Below are positions 32,626 through 42,217 of a stretch of DNA of 64,000 bases, piece by piece (the first letter of the stretch is position 1; each line of letters begins with the position of its first letter). A program made the position numbers and the translations under genes. The stretch lies in NCBI GenBank assembly GCA_944326155.1, contig CALVCV010000001.1:194664-258663 (forward strand). Direction: 5' to 3'. The notes beneath the pieces are model-generated. The model saw only the letters and a list, made by a program, of their open reading frames with translations, had not been told where the DNA came from and did not search any database. This stretch comes from an uncultured Bacilli bacterium (GTDB taxonomy: Bacteria; Bacillota_I; Bacilli_A; ML615J-28; CAG-313).

Positions 32626-33912
32626 CTATTTATTTCCCTTAAAAAATTGTGGTAAATATTCTTTATGAGCTTCTAACAACTCATCAAAACATGCTGATGC
32701 AGTATTTAAATCAGCAACTAATGGATTAGACATAAGCGCACGCATTGCTTCAGTTTTATCACCATTAATAGCAGCTTTAACTGCATGTTTTTCATATGCT
32801 TTTACTTGCTTAATGTATTCTTTAATGTGATCATTTACTTTTCCTGTAACAGGAAGCGTCTTTGCACCATCCTTACCAATAATTGCTCTTACTTCAACAA
32901 CATCATTATCATCTAAGAAATCTAAAGCACCATTATTTTTAACATTAACAACTTGAACATCTTGTTTATCATTCCAAATTGAATCTACCAACGAGATAGC
33001 TACTTCGCTATATCTTGCGCCACCCCTTTTTGAAAGTTGTTCAGGTTTTACATGTAAAGCATTATTTTGATAAATATTCAATAATTCCTCTTCAATTTCC
33101 ATACAAATCTCTCCTCTTGTTTTAGGAGAATTTTTTAATTTTTCTAATTTACTATTTTTAAAATAATAATATTCTAGATAACTAGTTGGAATGGCACCAA
33201 TATATTGAATTTGTTCTTTCGTAAAGCCACTTGCAGGAATATTTTTCATTGATTCACTATTTATACCTGCTGCAAGTGCATCTTCAAGATAATCCTTACC
33301 ATCTTGTTCAATCTTTGTAATATAAGCAAAATGATTAAGTCCCATATATTCAACTTCAGCATTAGGTAAATTCATACTTTTTTTAATACCATCAATTGTA
33401 TTAATAGGAACATTACATAGACCCATCATTTTAACATTTGTATAGTTTAGAAGTGCTTCTGCAATCATACCAGATGGATTTGTAAAATTAATCAGCCAAG
33501 CATTAGGACAAAATTCTTCCATCATTTTTACTATTTGCATCATAACAGGAATTGTTCTTAGTCCTTTAAACATACCACCAATACCACAAGTTTCTTGGCC
33601 AATTAAATTATACTTTAATGGAATTTTTTCATCTTTAACACGAGCTGGCAATTTACCAACTCTAATCTGTGCTAATACAAAATCAGCTCCTCTTAATGCA
33701 TGTTGATAGTCATTTAATACCAATTCAGTTTTGCAATTTAAACCTGCCGCAACAATCATTCTTTGGCATAACCCCCCAACAATATTTAACTTTCTTTCAT
33801 CAATATCCATAAAACTAATTTCAGTAACAGGAAGTGAATCTCTTTTGTTAATTACTCCTTCGATTAATTCTGGTGTATAAGTACTACCTGCACCAATAAT
33901 ACAAATCTTCAT
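32626..33912 (-). CDS. glycoside hydrolase family 4 (NAD/Mn-dependent 6-phospho-glucosidase type)
   Basis: MKICIIGAGSTYTPEL Rossmann N-terminus, 428 aa typical GH4. Confidence 0.85.
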   Translation of the reverse strand: MKICIIGAGSTYTPELIEGVINKRDSLPVTEISFMDIDERKLNIVGGLCQRMIVAAGLNCKTELVLNDYQHALRGADFVLAQIRVGKLPARVKDEKIPLKYNLIGQETCGIGGMFKGLRTIPVMMQIVKMMEEFCPNAWLINFTNPSGMIAEALLNYTNVKMMGLCNVPINTIDGIKKSMNLPNAEVEYMGLNHFAYITKIEQDGKDYLEDALAAGINSESMKNIPASGFTKEQIQYIGAIPTSYLEYYYFKNSKLEKLKNSPKTRGEICMEIEEELLNIYQNNALHVKPEQLSKRGGARYSEVAISLVDSIWNDKQDVQVVNVKNNGALDFLDDNDVVEVRAIIGKDGAKTLPVTGKVNDHIKEYIKQVKAYEKHAVKAAINGDKTEAMRALMSNPLVADLNTASACFDELLEAHKEYLPQFFKGNK

Positions 33913-33931
33913 AATTATCTCCTTATTTAAT

Positions 33932-35086
33932 TTATAAATATTTTTTTAAATCTTGAACTTTATCTAATTTTTCCCAAGGAAAATCTAAATCATGTCTACC
34001 GAAATGTCCATATGTTGCCGTTTGACGATAAATTGGTCTTCGTAAATTTAATTTTTCAATGATTCCTTTGGGTGTTAAATCAAAATTATTTTTTACAACA
34101 TCAATCAAATAACTTTCACTATACTTAGATGTTCCAAATGTGTCAATACAAATCGAAATGGGTTCTCTCATACCAATTGCATAAGATAATTGAATTTGTA
34201 ATTTATCCGCAAATTCTGCAGCCACCATGTTTTTAGCAACATATCTTGCCATATATGACGCACTTCTATCAACTTTAGTTGGATCTTTGCCACTAAAAGC
34301 GCCACCACCATGTGGTGCATAGCCACCATAAGTATCAACAATAATCTTACGTCCAGTTAGTCCTGAATCACCTTTTGGACCACCAATGACAAATCTTCCA
34401 GTTGGATTAACATATATTTTAGTATTTTCATCCATTAATTTTTTAGGAATAATAGGATTAATAACATCCTCAATGATAATTTTACGTAAGTTATCTTGAG
34501 TAATATCTTCATCATGTTGCGTAGAAACAACTATTGTATCCACACGTAATACTTTACCCTTTTCATCATATTCAACTGAGACTTGTGTTTTACCATCAGG
34601 ACGCAGTTCTTTATGCATACCATTTTTTCTGATTTCCGCAAGTCTTTTTGCCAACTTATGTGCAAGCATAATTGGCATTGGCATAAATTCATCAGTTTCA
34701 TTACATGCATAACCAAACATCATTCCTTGGTCACCTGCACCATCTATATCAACCCCTAAAGCAATATCAGGTGATTGCTCTTTTAGTGATACTAATACTG
34801 CTAAATTTTCACTATCAAAGCCAAATTTACCACGATTATAGCCAATTTCATCAACTGTACTACGTACAATTTTTTGTACATCGCAATATCCATCGGTTGT
34901 GATTTCACCCATAACTAATACTAATCCAGTCGTCGCACATACTTCGCAAGCAACTCTTGCATTTGGATCTTGTGCTAAAATATCATCTAAAATAGCATCA
35001 CTAATTTGGTCACATATTTTATCAGGATGACCTTCTGTTACCGATTCAGATGTAAAAATTCTTCTATTTACTTTTTTATTTTCCAT
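33932..35086 (-). CDS. metK: S-adenosylmethionine synthase
   Basis: [24 protein letters not shown] and [17 protein letters not shown] motifs. Confidence 0.95.
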   Translation of the reverse strand: MENKKVNRRIFTSESVTEGHPDKICDQISDAILDDILAQDPNARVACEVCATTGLVLVMGEITTDGYCDVQKIVRSTVDEIGYNRGKFGFDSENLAVLVSLKEQSPDIALGVDIDGAGDQGMMFGYACNETDEFMPMPIMLAHKLAKRLAEIRKNGMHKELRPDGKTQVSVEYDEKGKVLRVDTIVVSTQHDEDITQDNLRKIIIEDVINPIIPKKLMDENTKIYVNPTGRFVIGGPKGDSGLTGRKIIVDTYGGYAPHGGGAFSGKDPTKVDRSASYMARYVAKNMVAAEFADKLQIQLSYAIGMREPISICIDTFGTSKYSESYLIDVVKNNFDLTPKGIIEKLNLRRPIYRQTATYGHFGRHDLDFPWEKLDKVQDLKKYL

Positions 35087-35111
35087 ATTTCACCAAATCT
35101 TTCTAGTACCT

Positions 35112-35140
35112 ATTATACCCCTTTTTCGTTTATTTTTCAA
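35112..35140 (-). promoter_or_regulatory. sigma-A promoter for metK located in the 3' end of the rluA-family gene; only ~18-nt 5' UTR
   Basis: minus-strand TTGAAA-17-TATAAT (plus-strand tttcaa 35135..35140, attata 35112..35117). Confidence 0.5.
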
Positions 35141-35151
35141 GAAACATTATT

Positions 35152-35817
35152 TTAAATTTCTTCATTATTTAAAAATTTGTTCCATAGTTCTCCTGTAGGT
35201 TTTTTTACAAACTCTAAACGCTCTTTGGTAATTGGATGAAGAAAAGAAATTTTATATGCATATAACATCATTTTATCACCTCGTTTACATCCATATAAAT
35301 GGTCTCCTATTAGAGGATGATGAATATTTGCAAATTGTACCCTAATTTGATGATGTCTTCCCGTTTTTAAATTAATATCAACAAGAGTCATACCTTCGCA
35401 TTTTTTTACAATATGATAGTCTAAGACTGCCAATTTACCATTATGAACATTACCTATATATGATTTTACTTCTTTTTCATCTTTGACCAAATAATTTTCA
35501 AGCGTACCATCTTCTTCAATATTGCCGTCTACTATAGCATAATATTTCTTAAAGAATTCTTTGTCTTGAATTTGTTTGTTTAATCTTGCTGCAGACTTTG
35601 ACGTTTTGGCAAAAACCATTATCCCCCCTGTCATACGGTCTAGGCGATGTATAAGTCCTAAATATACATTACCTAATTTTTGATATTTATTTTTTATATA
35701 ATTTTTAAGTAGCGTTAACATATCAGGATCATGTGTAGAATCTTCTTGTGATAAAATACCTACTGATTTGACAACTACGATGATATGATTGTCTTCATAT
35801 AATATCTCTATACTCAT
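35152..35817 (-). CDS. RluA family pseudouridine synthase
   Basis: HRLDRMTGGIMVFAKT catalytic Asp motif; start at MSIEILYEDNHIIVV with AGGTGA RBS. Confidence 0.85.
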   Translation of the reverse strand: MSIEILYEDNHIIVVVKSVGILSQEDSTHDPDMLTLLKNYIKNKYQKLGNVYLGLIHRLDRMTGGIMVFAKTSKSAARLNKQIQDKEFFKKYYAIVDGNIEEDGTLENYLVKDEKEVKSYIGNVHNGKLAVLDYHIVKKCEGMTLVDINLKTGRHHQIRVQFANIHHPLIGDHLYGCKRGDKMMLYAYKISFLHPITKERLEFVKKPTGELWNKFLNNEEI

Positions 35818-35924
35818 ATTATCACCTATATTATTATAACATTTTATCAATTTTTTTGATTGATTTTTGCAATTAAGATAACATTTACCATATAAATATT
35901 TCCTATTCTAATAATTCAAATTAT

Positions 35925-35953
35925 TTGATAATAATCGCTAATTATGATATAAT
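35925..35953 (+). promoter_or_regulatory. near-consensus sigma-A promoter for the HTH ORF
   Basis: TTGATA-17-TATAAT, ~22 nt before AAGGAG RBS and ATG 35976. Confidence 0.55.
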
Positions 35954-35975
35954 AAAATAAGAAAGGAGAACAGTT

Positions 35976-36548
35976 ATGGTTGAACAAGAAAATACAAATA
36001 CTCAGACTATTCAACAACTCCCTATAGAAGAAAACACTGAACTACAAAATCCACTAGCTTTTCTGGATGAAAAACCAAAAAAGAAACTCTCTAAAGGAGA
36101 AAGAAAAAAACTCCGTGTTATCAAAAAATTATTGCTTGGTGAAATTAATGGCACAGAAGCTGCTAAAAAACTAAATATTACAACTAGACAAGTTCGTAAT
36201 TTAAAAAGGCAAGTTTTAAATGAAGGTACTGAAGGAGTAATTCATAAAAATAAAAATTATAAACCTTACAATACATATGATAGTGAAATAAGTACTTTTG
36301 TATGTAAACTATATCGAAGAGAATATCGTGGCACAAATTTTAGCGAATTTGCTAGAATTTGTAAAGATCAATATGATATCGAAGCATCAAGAAGTACAAT
36401 TTATAATTTTTTACGCCGTGGTCGTATTCGTTCACCACAACGAAAAACCAAAAAGAAAAAAGTTGTTGAAACAGTAATTTTAAGTGATAGTACAAAAGTT
36501 ACTGAAAAAAAATTTTCTTCTACTACTATTAAAAATAAAAAACTCTAA
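35976..36548 (+). CDS. Lys-rich helix-turn-helix protein resembling the N-terminal HTH domain of IS-family transposases (truncated remnant or domesticated fragment)
   Basis: EAAKKLNITTRQVRNLKRQV...GVIHKNKNYKPYN pattern (HTH followed by HKN.G.KP.N) as in N-termini of ISNCY/IS-type transposases; no DDE domain follows. Confidence 0.45.
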   Translation: MVEQENTNTQTIQQLPIEENTELQNPLAFLDEKPKKKLSKGERKKLRVIKKLLLGEINGTEAAKKLNITTRQVRNLKRQVLNEGTEGVIHKNKNYKPYNTYDSEISTFVCKLYRREYRGTNFSEFARICKDQYDIEASRSTIYNFLRRGRIRSPQRKTKKKKVVETVILSDSTKVTEKKFSSTTIKNKKL

Positions 36549-36568
36549 ATTATAATTTAGAGTTTTTT
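36541..36568 (+). terminator. short hairpin plus T-run immediately after HTH ORF stop and directly abutting ispG RBS
   Basis: aACTCTAAATtataATTTAGAGTtttttt. Confidence 0.45.
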
Positions 36569-36581
36569 AAAAGGAGTTATT

Positions 36582-37634
36582 ATGAGAAAAACGAAAGAAA
36601 TAAGTGTTGGTAATGTAATTATTGGAAATAATTATCCAATAGTTATTCAATCAATGACAAACACCAAAACAAGTGATATTTCTTCTACTGTTAAGCAAAT
36701 TAACGATTTGGCAAATTTAGGCGCTCAAATTGTGCGTCTTAGTGTTTCTGATGAAAAAGATGCCTTAGCTATTTCTGAAATTAAAAAACATGTTCATGTA
36801 CCTCTTGTTGCTGATATTCACTTTAGTTATAAACTTGCCCTTCTTGCAATTACATCAGGAGCCGATAAAATTCGTATTAACCCCGGAAACTTAGGAATTG
36901 AAGGAATTACACAAATTGTTCAAAAATGTAAAGAGAAAAAAATTCCTATTCGAATTGGTATCAATTCTGGCTCTCTTGAAAAAGAATTATATGAAAAATA
37001 CCATGGTGTAACTGCTCAAGCCCTTTTAGAAAGCATGGAAAAACATATCAGGTTGTTAGAAACGCTTGATTTTCATGATATTGTTTTAAGTATTAAAGCG
37101 ACGAATATTAAAACTACGATTGAGGCAAATCGCATGATTGCAGAAAAATTTAACTATCCTATCCATATTGGTCTAACAGAAGCAGGAACTATTAACGGAG
37201 GTACTATTAGATCTAGTTATGTTCTTGGTACTTTACTCAATGATGGTATTGGTGATACTATTCGAGTTTCGTTAACAGGAAACCCTTTAAAGGAAATTCC
37301 GATTGCCAAAGAAATTTTATCAATGTTTGATTTATATCAAAAACCAACTTTAATCAGTTGCCCCACATGTGGAAGAACTGCTTACCATATGGAACCTATT
37401 GTAAATGAAATTGAAGAGTTTTTAAATCAATTTAATTTTAGGATTAAAGTTGCCATAATGGGCTGTGCCGTTAATGGTCCAGGTGAGGCAAAAGATGCTG
37501 ATATTGGTGTAGCAGGTGGAAAAGGAGAGGCCATTTTATTTAAAAAAGGTAAAATTATTAAAAAATTACCAGAATCAGAAATTATTACTGAACTTAAAAA
37601 AGAAATTTTAAAAATGATAGATATGAATAATTAA
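36582..37634 (+). CDS. ispG: 4-hydroxy-3-methylbut-2-en-1-yl diphosphate synthase (flavodoxin)
   Basis: 350 aa; IVIQSMTNT N-terminus; C-terminal CPTCGRT...GCAVNGPGE Fe-S motif. Confidence 0.95.
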   Translation: MRKTKEISVGNVIIGNNYPIVIQSMTNTKTSDISSTVKQINDLANLGAQIVRLSVSDEKDALAISEIKKHVHVPLVADIHFSYKLALLAITSGADKIRINPGNLGIEGITQIVQKCKEKKIPIRIGINSGSLEKELYEKYHGVTAQALLESMEKHIRLLETLDFHDIVLSIKATNIKTTIEANRMIAEKFNYPIHIGLTEAGTINGGTIRSSYVLGTLLNDGIGDTIRVSLTGNPLKEIPIAKEILSMFDLYQKPTLISCPTCGRTAYHMEPIVNEIEEFLNQFNFRIKVAIMGCAVNGPGEAKDADIGVAGGKGEAILFKKGKIIKKLPESEIITELKKEILKMIDMNN

Positions 37635-37643
37635 ATAATACCT

Positions 37644-37682
37644 AAAAAACCGCTAAACTTAAATTGCTTAGCGGTTTTATTT
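37644..37682. terminator. bidirectional rho-independent terminator between ispG and nfo
   Basis: aaaAACCGCTAAacttaaattgcTTAGCGGTTttatttt. Confidence 0.6.
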
Positions 37683-37695
37683 TATTATAATTATA

Positions 37696-38595
37696 CTAGA
37701 TCATTTTTATCTTATCTATTAAATCCGGATCAAAAATTCCGCTTTTAATCATTGCAATTTCATATTTGTAAGGCGGAAATGAAACATTTTTATCTACATT
37801 AACATACGGCGTTTCTAAAATTTTAGGAATATTCATAAAACGCGAATCATTGCATACTTTGCAAATTGTTTCAAAACCAATATTACCAAAACCAATATTT
37901 TCATGTCGATCTTTATGTGCTCCACACACATTTTTTGAATCATTTATATGAATTACTTTTAGATATTTTAGTCCAATAACTTGTTCAAATTTCTCTATAA
38001 CGTCTTCATAATGATTAACAATGTCATATCCGCCATCGTGAATATGACATGTATCAAGGCATACACCTATTCGTGACTTATCATTTACTTCTTCAATAAT
38101 ACCTTTTACTTCTTCAAAAGTTTTTCCACATTCAGTTCCTTTACCAGCCATTAATTCAATTACTATAACAGTTTGGCAATTTTTTGTTAATTCTAATATT
38201 TTATTTATTCCCTCAGCAATTCTTTCGACACCAACTTTTGGACCATTTCCCATGTGTGCACCTGGATGCAAAACTAAATATCTAGCACCAATTTGGTCTA
38301 CGCCTTCTACTTCTTGCGCAATAAAATGAATCGCAAAATTAAATTTTTCATCATCCATTTGTGCAAGATTTACAATGTAGGGCGCATGAACAATAATGTC
38401 ATCACTACTAATACCATTTTTATGGGCAAGTGCAATTGCTTCTTTAGCATTTTGCTTTTCTATTGGCTTTCTAAATGTATTTTGCGGAGCCCCTAAATAT
38501 ACCATTAAACAATTAGCGTTGTAAGAAATTGCTTCTTCCACACTGCCAATTAACATTTTTGTTCCATTATTGGAAACATGTGAACCTATTTTCAT
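37696..38595 (-). CDS. nfo: deoxyribonuclease IV (endonuclease IV)
   Basis: 299 aa TIM-barrel AP endonuclease, HAPY and HxHDG motifs. Confidence 0.9.
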   Translation of the reverse strand: MKIGSHVSNNGTKMLIGSVEEAISYNANCLMVYLGAPQNTFRKPIEKQNAKEAIALAHKNGISSDDIIVHAPYIVNLAQMDDEKFNFAIHFIAQEVEGVDQIGARYLVLHPGAHMGNGPKVGVERIAEGINKILELTKNCQTVIVIELMAGKGTECGKTFEEVKGIIEEVNDKSRIGVCLDTCHIHDGGYDIVNHYEDVIEKFEQVIGLKYLKVIHINDSKNVCGAHKDRHENIGFGNIGFETICKVCNDSRFMNIPKILETPYVNVDKNVSFPPYKYEIAMIKSGIFDPDLIDKIKMI

Positions 38596-39935
38596 TTTTG
38601 TCCTCTTTCTATCTGAGCTTTTTTACGATATATTTTACTAATATATTCTTTCTTGACTTTTTTGATTTTTTTATTAATTGCTTCAAGTCTTTTTTTTCGA
38701 TAACCAGGCTTTACCTTCTTAGGCATCTTTGTAGTACTATGTATTTGTTCTTCAATAATCTTAGTAAAACTTTTTTGTTTTTTCGTATAATTGAATTTTG
38801 TTTCAACTATTTCATTGTTTTTAATTTTAACAAATTTTGGTTTTAGTCCCTTACTTTGCAAATTTTTAACATATTCATCATCTTCATAAGCATAAAGTGA
38901 ATACGCATATCCAGTATTATTATATCTTGCGGTACGACCTGTTCTATGAATATAAAATTCAATATCATTTGGTAGATCAAAATTAATAATATGGCTAACA
39001 CCTTTAATATCAATACCTCTTGCTGCAATATCACTAGCAACTACATATTGATATTCAAGAGAATCAATTCTTTTTAACATTTGTCTACGAATTCTATCGT
39101 CCATTGCACCATGCAATTTGCCAATTTTAAAACCTTGTTTAGATAGGAATAAAGCAAGTCTATCCACCTCTTCTTTTGTGTTAACAAAAATAATGGTTAA
39201 ATATGGATTGATTATGTGCAAAAGCTCTAATAATACTTCTTCTTTATTTCTTGTTTTACATTGCAACATCAAATGTTCAATATTAGCAGCTGTAAAATTC
39301 TTTTCTTGAATTGTTATGGTTTTTACATTATCTAAGTATTTATTTAAAAAATGTCTTAGACTTTGTGGTATTGTTGCACTAAAAATTAAAAATTGCGGTT
39401 TACCTTGTACTTTTCCCATTATTTTATCAACATCAAGTAATTCTTTTTTTTCAAAAATCATATCGGCTTCATCAATAACAACTGTCTTTGCATGATGAAT
39501 TTTTAAAACATTTGTATCAATGACTAAATCAATTAACCGACCAATTGTTCCAATTACAATTTGCGGTTGTTTTTTTTCATATTTTTTTATTTCGGATTCA
39601 CGATCCATTCCACCAATTACTTTTACAACTTCAATTTTTTTATTGCAAAATTTAGTAAGCTCTGCGCACACTTTATATAATTGTATTGCAAGTTCTCTAG
39701 TTGGAGAAATAATAACTACTTGAACCTCTTGATTATTCTCATCTAATTTTTGTAAAATTGGAATTAAAAAAGCGTGTGTTTTGCCACTACCAGTAGCACT
39801 TTCCACCATTAAACTTTCTCCTGCTATTGCAATTGGAATAACTAATTCTTGTACCTTTGTTGGTGTTTTAAAATGAATATGATCTAAAGCTTGATTTAAA
39901 TATGGTTTTAAATTGTATTTTTTAAAATCATTCAT
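38592..39935 (-). CDS. DEAD-box ATP-dependent RNA helicase
   Basis: Q-motif, ATGSGKTHAF (motif I), VIDEADMI (DEAD), SAT, HRTGRTAR; Lys-rich C-tail. Confidence 0.9.
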   Translation of the reverse strand: MNDFKKYNLKPYLNQALDHIHFKTPTKVQELVIPIAIAGESLMVESATGSGKTHAFLIPILQKLDENNQEVQVVIISPTRELAIQLYKVCAELTKFCNKKIEVVKVIGGMDRESEIKKYEKKQPQIVIGTIGRLIDLVIDTNVLKIHHAKTVVIDEADMIFEKKELLDVDKIMGKVQGKPQFLIFSATIPQSLRHFLNKYLDNVKTITIQEKNFTAANIEHLMLQCKTRNKEEVLLELLHIINPYLTIIFVNTKEEVDRLALFLSKQGFKIGKLHGAMDDRIRRQMLKRIDSLEYQYVVASDIAARGIDIKGVSHIINFDLPNDIEFYIHRTGRTARYNNTGYAYSLYAYEDDEYVKNLQSKGLKPKFVKIKNNEIVETKFNYTKKQKSFTKIIEEQIHSTTKMPKKVKPGYRKKRLEAINKKIKKVKKEYISKIYRKKAQIERGQK

Positions 39936-41233
39936 TATGCTTCTCCTTCAATTGTGGCGTATAATTTGCCTTTTTCAAATCTAGTTATTTTACACTCTTT
40001 CACTTCATTTAAAATCGTATTGTCTTTATACATGCAATATATTTCTAGATAATTACTGGAATGCCCAGTATAATATTGTCCTTTTTTTTGTTCAAATAAA
40101 ACTTTGACCGTTTTGCCAACAAATTTTTGGTCATATTCATTCTTCATTTTTGCAGCAAGTACTAGTAATTCTTTCGTTCTATTTTTTATAATTTGACTAT
40201 CTAAATGACCATCCATTGAATCAGCAGCCGTTCCTTTTCTTCTTGAATAAGGAAATATATGCATATTGGCAAAATGAATTTCTTCAACAAATTTTTTGGT
40301 TTGCATAAATTCTTCTTCAGTTTCACATACAAATCCTGCCAAACAATCTGTTGTAATAGCAATGTCGGGAAATAGATTTCTTATTTTAAAAATAAGTTTA
40401 CGATAATCATCTGTCAAATATTTTCTTTTCATTCTCATTAACGTTTTATCATTACCACCTTGTAAAGGAATATGAAGATGGTTAGCAATTCTATTTTGAT
40501 ATTTTTTCATAATATTCAATAATTCATCCGTTACTTCCATCACTTCAATTGATGATAGTCTTAAACGGTTTATAGAAGTTTTTTCCATAATTAGTTTAAT
40601 TAATTTTGCTAAGTTAATATTTCCTAAATCTTGACCATATGTACCTGTATTAATACCTGATAAAATTATCTCTTTGGTACCAAACATAATCAATTGTTCT
40701 ATTTCACCAATTACATCTTCTGGCTTGCGACTTTTAATTTTACCCCTTGCATAAGGAATTAAGCAATAGCTACAAAAGTTTTCACATCCATCCTGAATTT
40801 TAACAAAACCTCTCGTGTGGGTTGTAAGTCTTGTTAATTTCATTTCTTCATATTCAATGAAATTCTCTAATATATTAACATGATTAATCTTTTCGTTATT
40901 CTTTTGATAGTCAGTTACTAAGTCATAAATTTTTAAACGGTCACTTGTGCCAACAATAATATCGGCAATATTTAAAGCATCTTCCATATGGGTTTGAACA
41001 AAGCATCCCATAGCAACCACAATATTATGAGGATTATTTCGTTTGGCTTTATGAATCATTTGACGACTTTTTTGATCTGATGTGGCTGTGACCGTGCAAG
41101 TGTTGATAATAACAACATCTACATCAGTACGATCTTTTTCATATTGCCAACCTCTTTGTTCTAAAAACTCTACTAAGGCTTCCGTTTCATATAAATTTAC
41201 TTTGCAGCCTAAAGTTATTGTTGAAAAATTCAT
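39935..41233 (-). CDS. mtaB: tRNA (t6A37) methylthiotransferase MtaB (radical SAM, MiaB-like)
   Basis: UPF0004 N-domain cysteines, radical-SAM CENFCSYC, C-terminal TRAM; adjacent to rsmE as yqeU-yqeV in Bacillus. Confidence 0.8.
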   Translation of the reverse strand: MNFSTITLGCKVNLYETEALVEFLEQRGWQYEKDRTDVDVVIINTCTVTATSDQKSRQMIHKAKRNNPHNIVVAMGCFVQTHMEDALNIADIIVGTSDRLKIYDLVTDYQKNNEKINHVNILENFIEYEEMKLTRLTTHTRGFVKIQDGCENFCSYCLIPYARGKIKSRKPEDVIGEIEQLIMFGTKEIILSGINTGTYGQDLGNINLAKLIKLIMEKTSINRLRLSSIEVMEVTDELLNIMKKYQNRIANHLHIPLQGGNDKTLMRMKRKYLTDDYRKLIFKIRNLFPDIAITTDCLAGFVCETEEEFMQTKKFVEEIHFANMHIFPYSRRKGTAADSMDGHLDSQIIKNRTKELLVLAAKMKNEYDQKFVGKTVKVLFEQKKGQYYTGHSSNYLEIYCMYKDNTILNEVKECKITRFEKGKLYATIEGEA

Positions 41234-41234
41234 T

Positions 41235-41975
41235 TTATTCCTCCAACTCATATGAAATTACCGAAAGAATATAACTAGGCGCTGTTTCGGTTCTTAAAAT
41301 TCTTGGGCCTAAACTCACAGGTATAAAGTGATGTTCATCAAGCAATTTTGCTTCTTCATCACTAATTCCTCCTTCCGGACCAATTAAAATTAAAATTTTT
41401 TCATATTTCTTATTTGAAAATATTTCTTTTAATGTCTTTGTTGTTTCATGCTTTTCGTAAGCATATAAACACAAGTCATATTGAGTATTTAGTTTTAACA
41501 TATCCATAAAACTAACTGGATAATTTACTCTAAGCAATTGGGTTCTATGGCATTGTTCAGATGCTTCTTTAGCAATTTTGTTCATTCTTTCTATTTTTTT
41601 ATCTAGTTTGTCTTCATTTATTTTAACATTACAACGTTCCATTTGAACAGGCAGGTAATATAATGCACCTAATTGCGTAATTTTGTCAATCACTTCTTCC
41701 ATTTTTTCTCTACGTATAATTCCTTGCGCAATAGATACTTCTATAGGTAATTCCTTTTTTTCGGCTATTTCTTCTAAAATATTTAAAATGACTGTATCTT
41801 TGGTAATTTCTTGGATAGAACAAAGCCAAGACTTTTTTTCATCGCAAACTATAACTAAATCATTTATTTTCATACGCATTACTTTTGTAATATGATAATA
41901 ATCTTCTTTCATTATTCTAATTCTATTACCTATGATAGCATTATTTTTTATAAAATATCGTTGCATAAATTTCAC
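41235..41975 (-). CDS. rsmE: 16S rRNA (uracil1498-N3)-methyltransferase RsmE
   Basis: 246 aa SPOUT-class MTase, PUA-like N-domain, LLIGPEGG motif. Confidence 0.85.
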   Translation of the reverse strand: MKFMQRYFIKNNAIIGNRIRIMKEDYYHITKVMRMKINDLVIVCDEKKSWLCSIQEITKDTVILNILEEIAEKKELPIEVSIAQGIIRREKMEEVIDKITQLGALYYLPVQMERCNVKINEDKLDKKIERMNKIAKEASEQCHRTQLLRVNYPVSFMDMLKLNTQYDLCLYAYEKHETTKTLKEIFSNKKYEKILILIGPEGGISDEEAKLLDEHHFIPVSLGPRILRTETAPSYILSVISYELEE

Positions 41976-42060
41976 CGACTTTCTTTTCTAATTATATCAA
42001 ATTTTGTATTTTTTTGCAAGCAAAAATTTTAATGTAAGTATAAAAGGTAAAGTCAAAAAA

Positions 42061-42096
42061 ACACTATAGAAATCATTGATTCTATAGTGTTTTTTA
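42061..42096 (-). terminator. rho-independent terminator of the giant lipoprotein gene
   Basis: ACACTATAGAAatcattgaTTCTATAGTGT followed on minus strand by T-run (plus-strand aaaaaa 42055..42060). Confidence 0.6.
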
Positions 42097-42165
42097 TCAA
42101 GTATTTTTTGTTTTGAGCTTTGAAGAATTACATGTTCAAACTTAAATACCTATATTTTTTTTTAT

Positions 42166-42205
42166 GAATACTCTATTTTTGATTATTGTTCCAAATAGAG
42201 TATTC
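42166..42205. terminator. 13-bp perfect stem-loop immediately 3' of giant gene stop codon (possible 3'-end stabiliser/secondary terminator)
   Basis: GAATACTCTATTTttgattattgttccAAATAGAGTATTC. Confidence 0.3.
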
Positions 42206-42217
42206 TTAATAGTTTTA

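Noticed and set aside
35087-35151. Looked for SAM-I (S-box) riboswitch upstream of metK
   Set aside because: Only 65 nt of intergenic sequence, occupied by a promoter and RBS. No conserved S-box helices recognisable.
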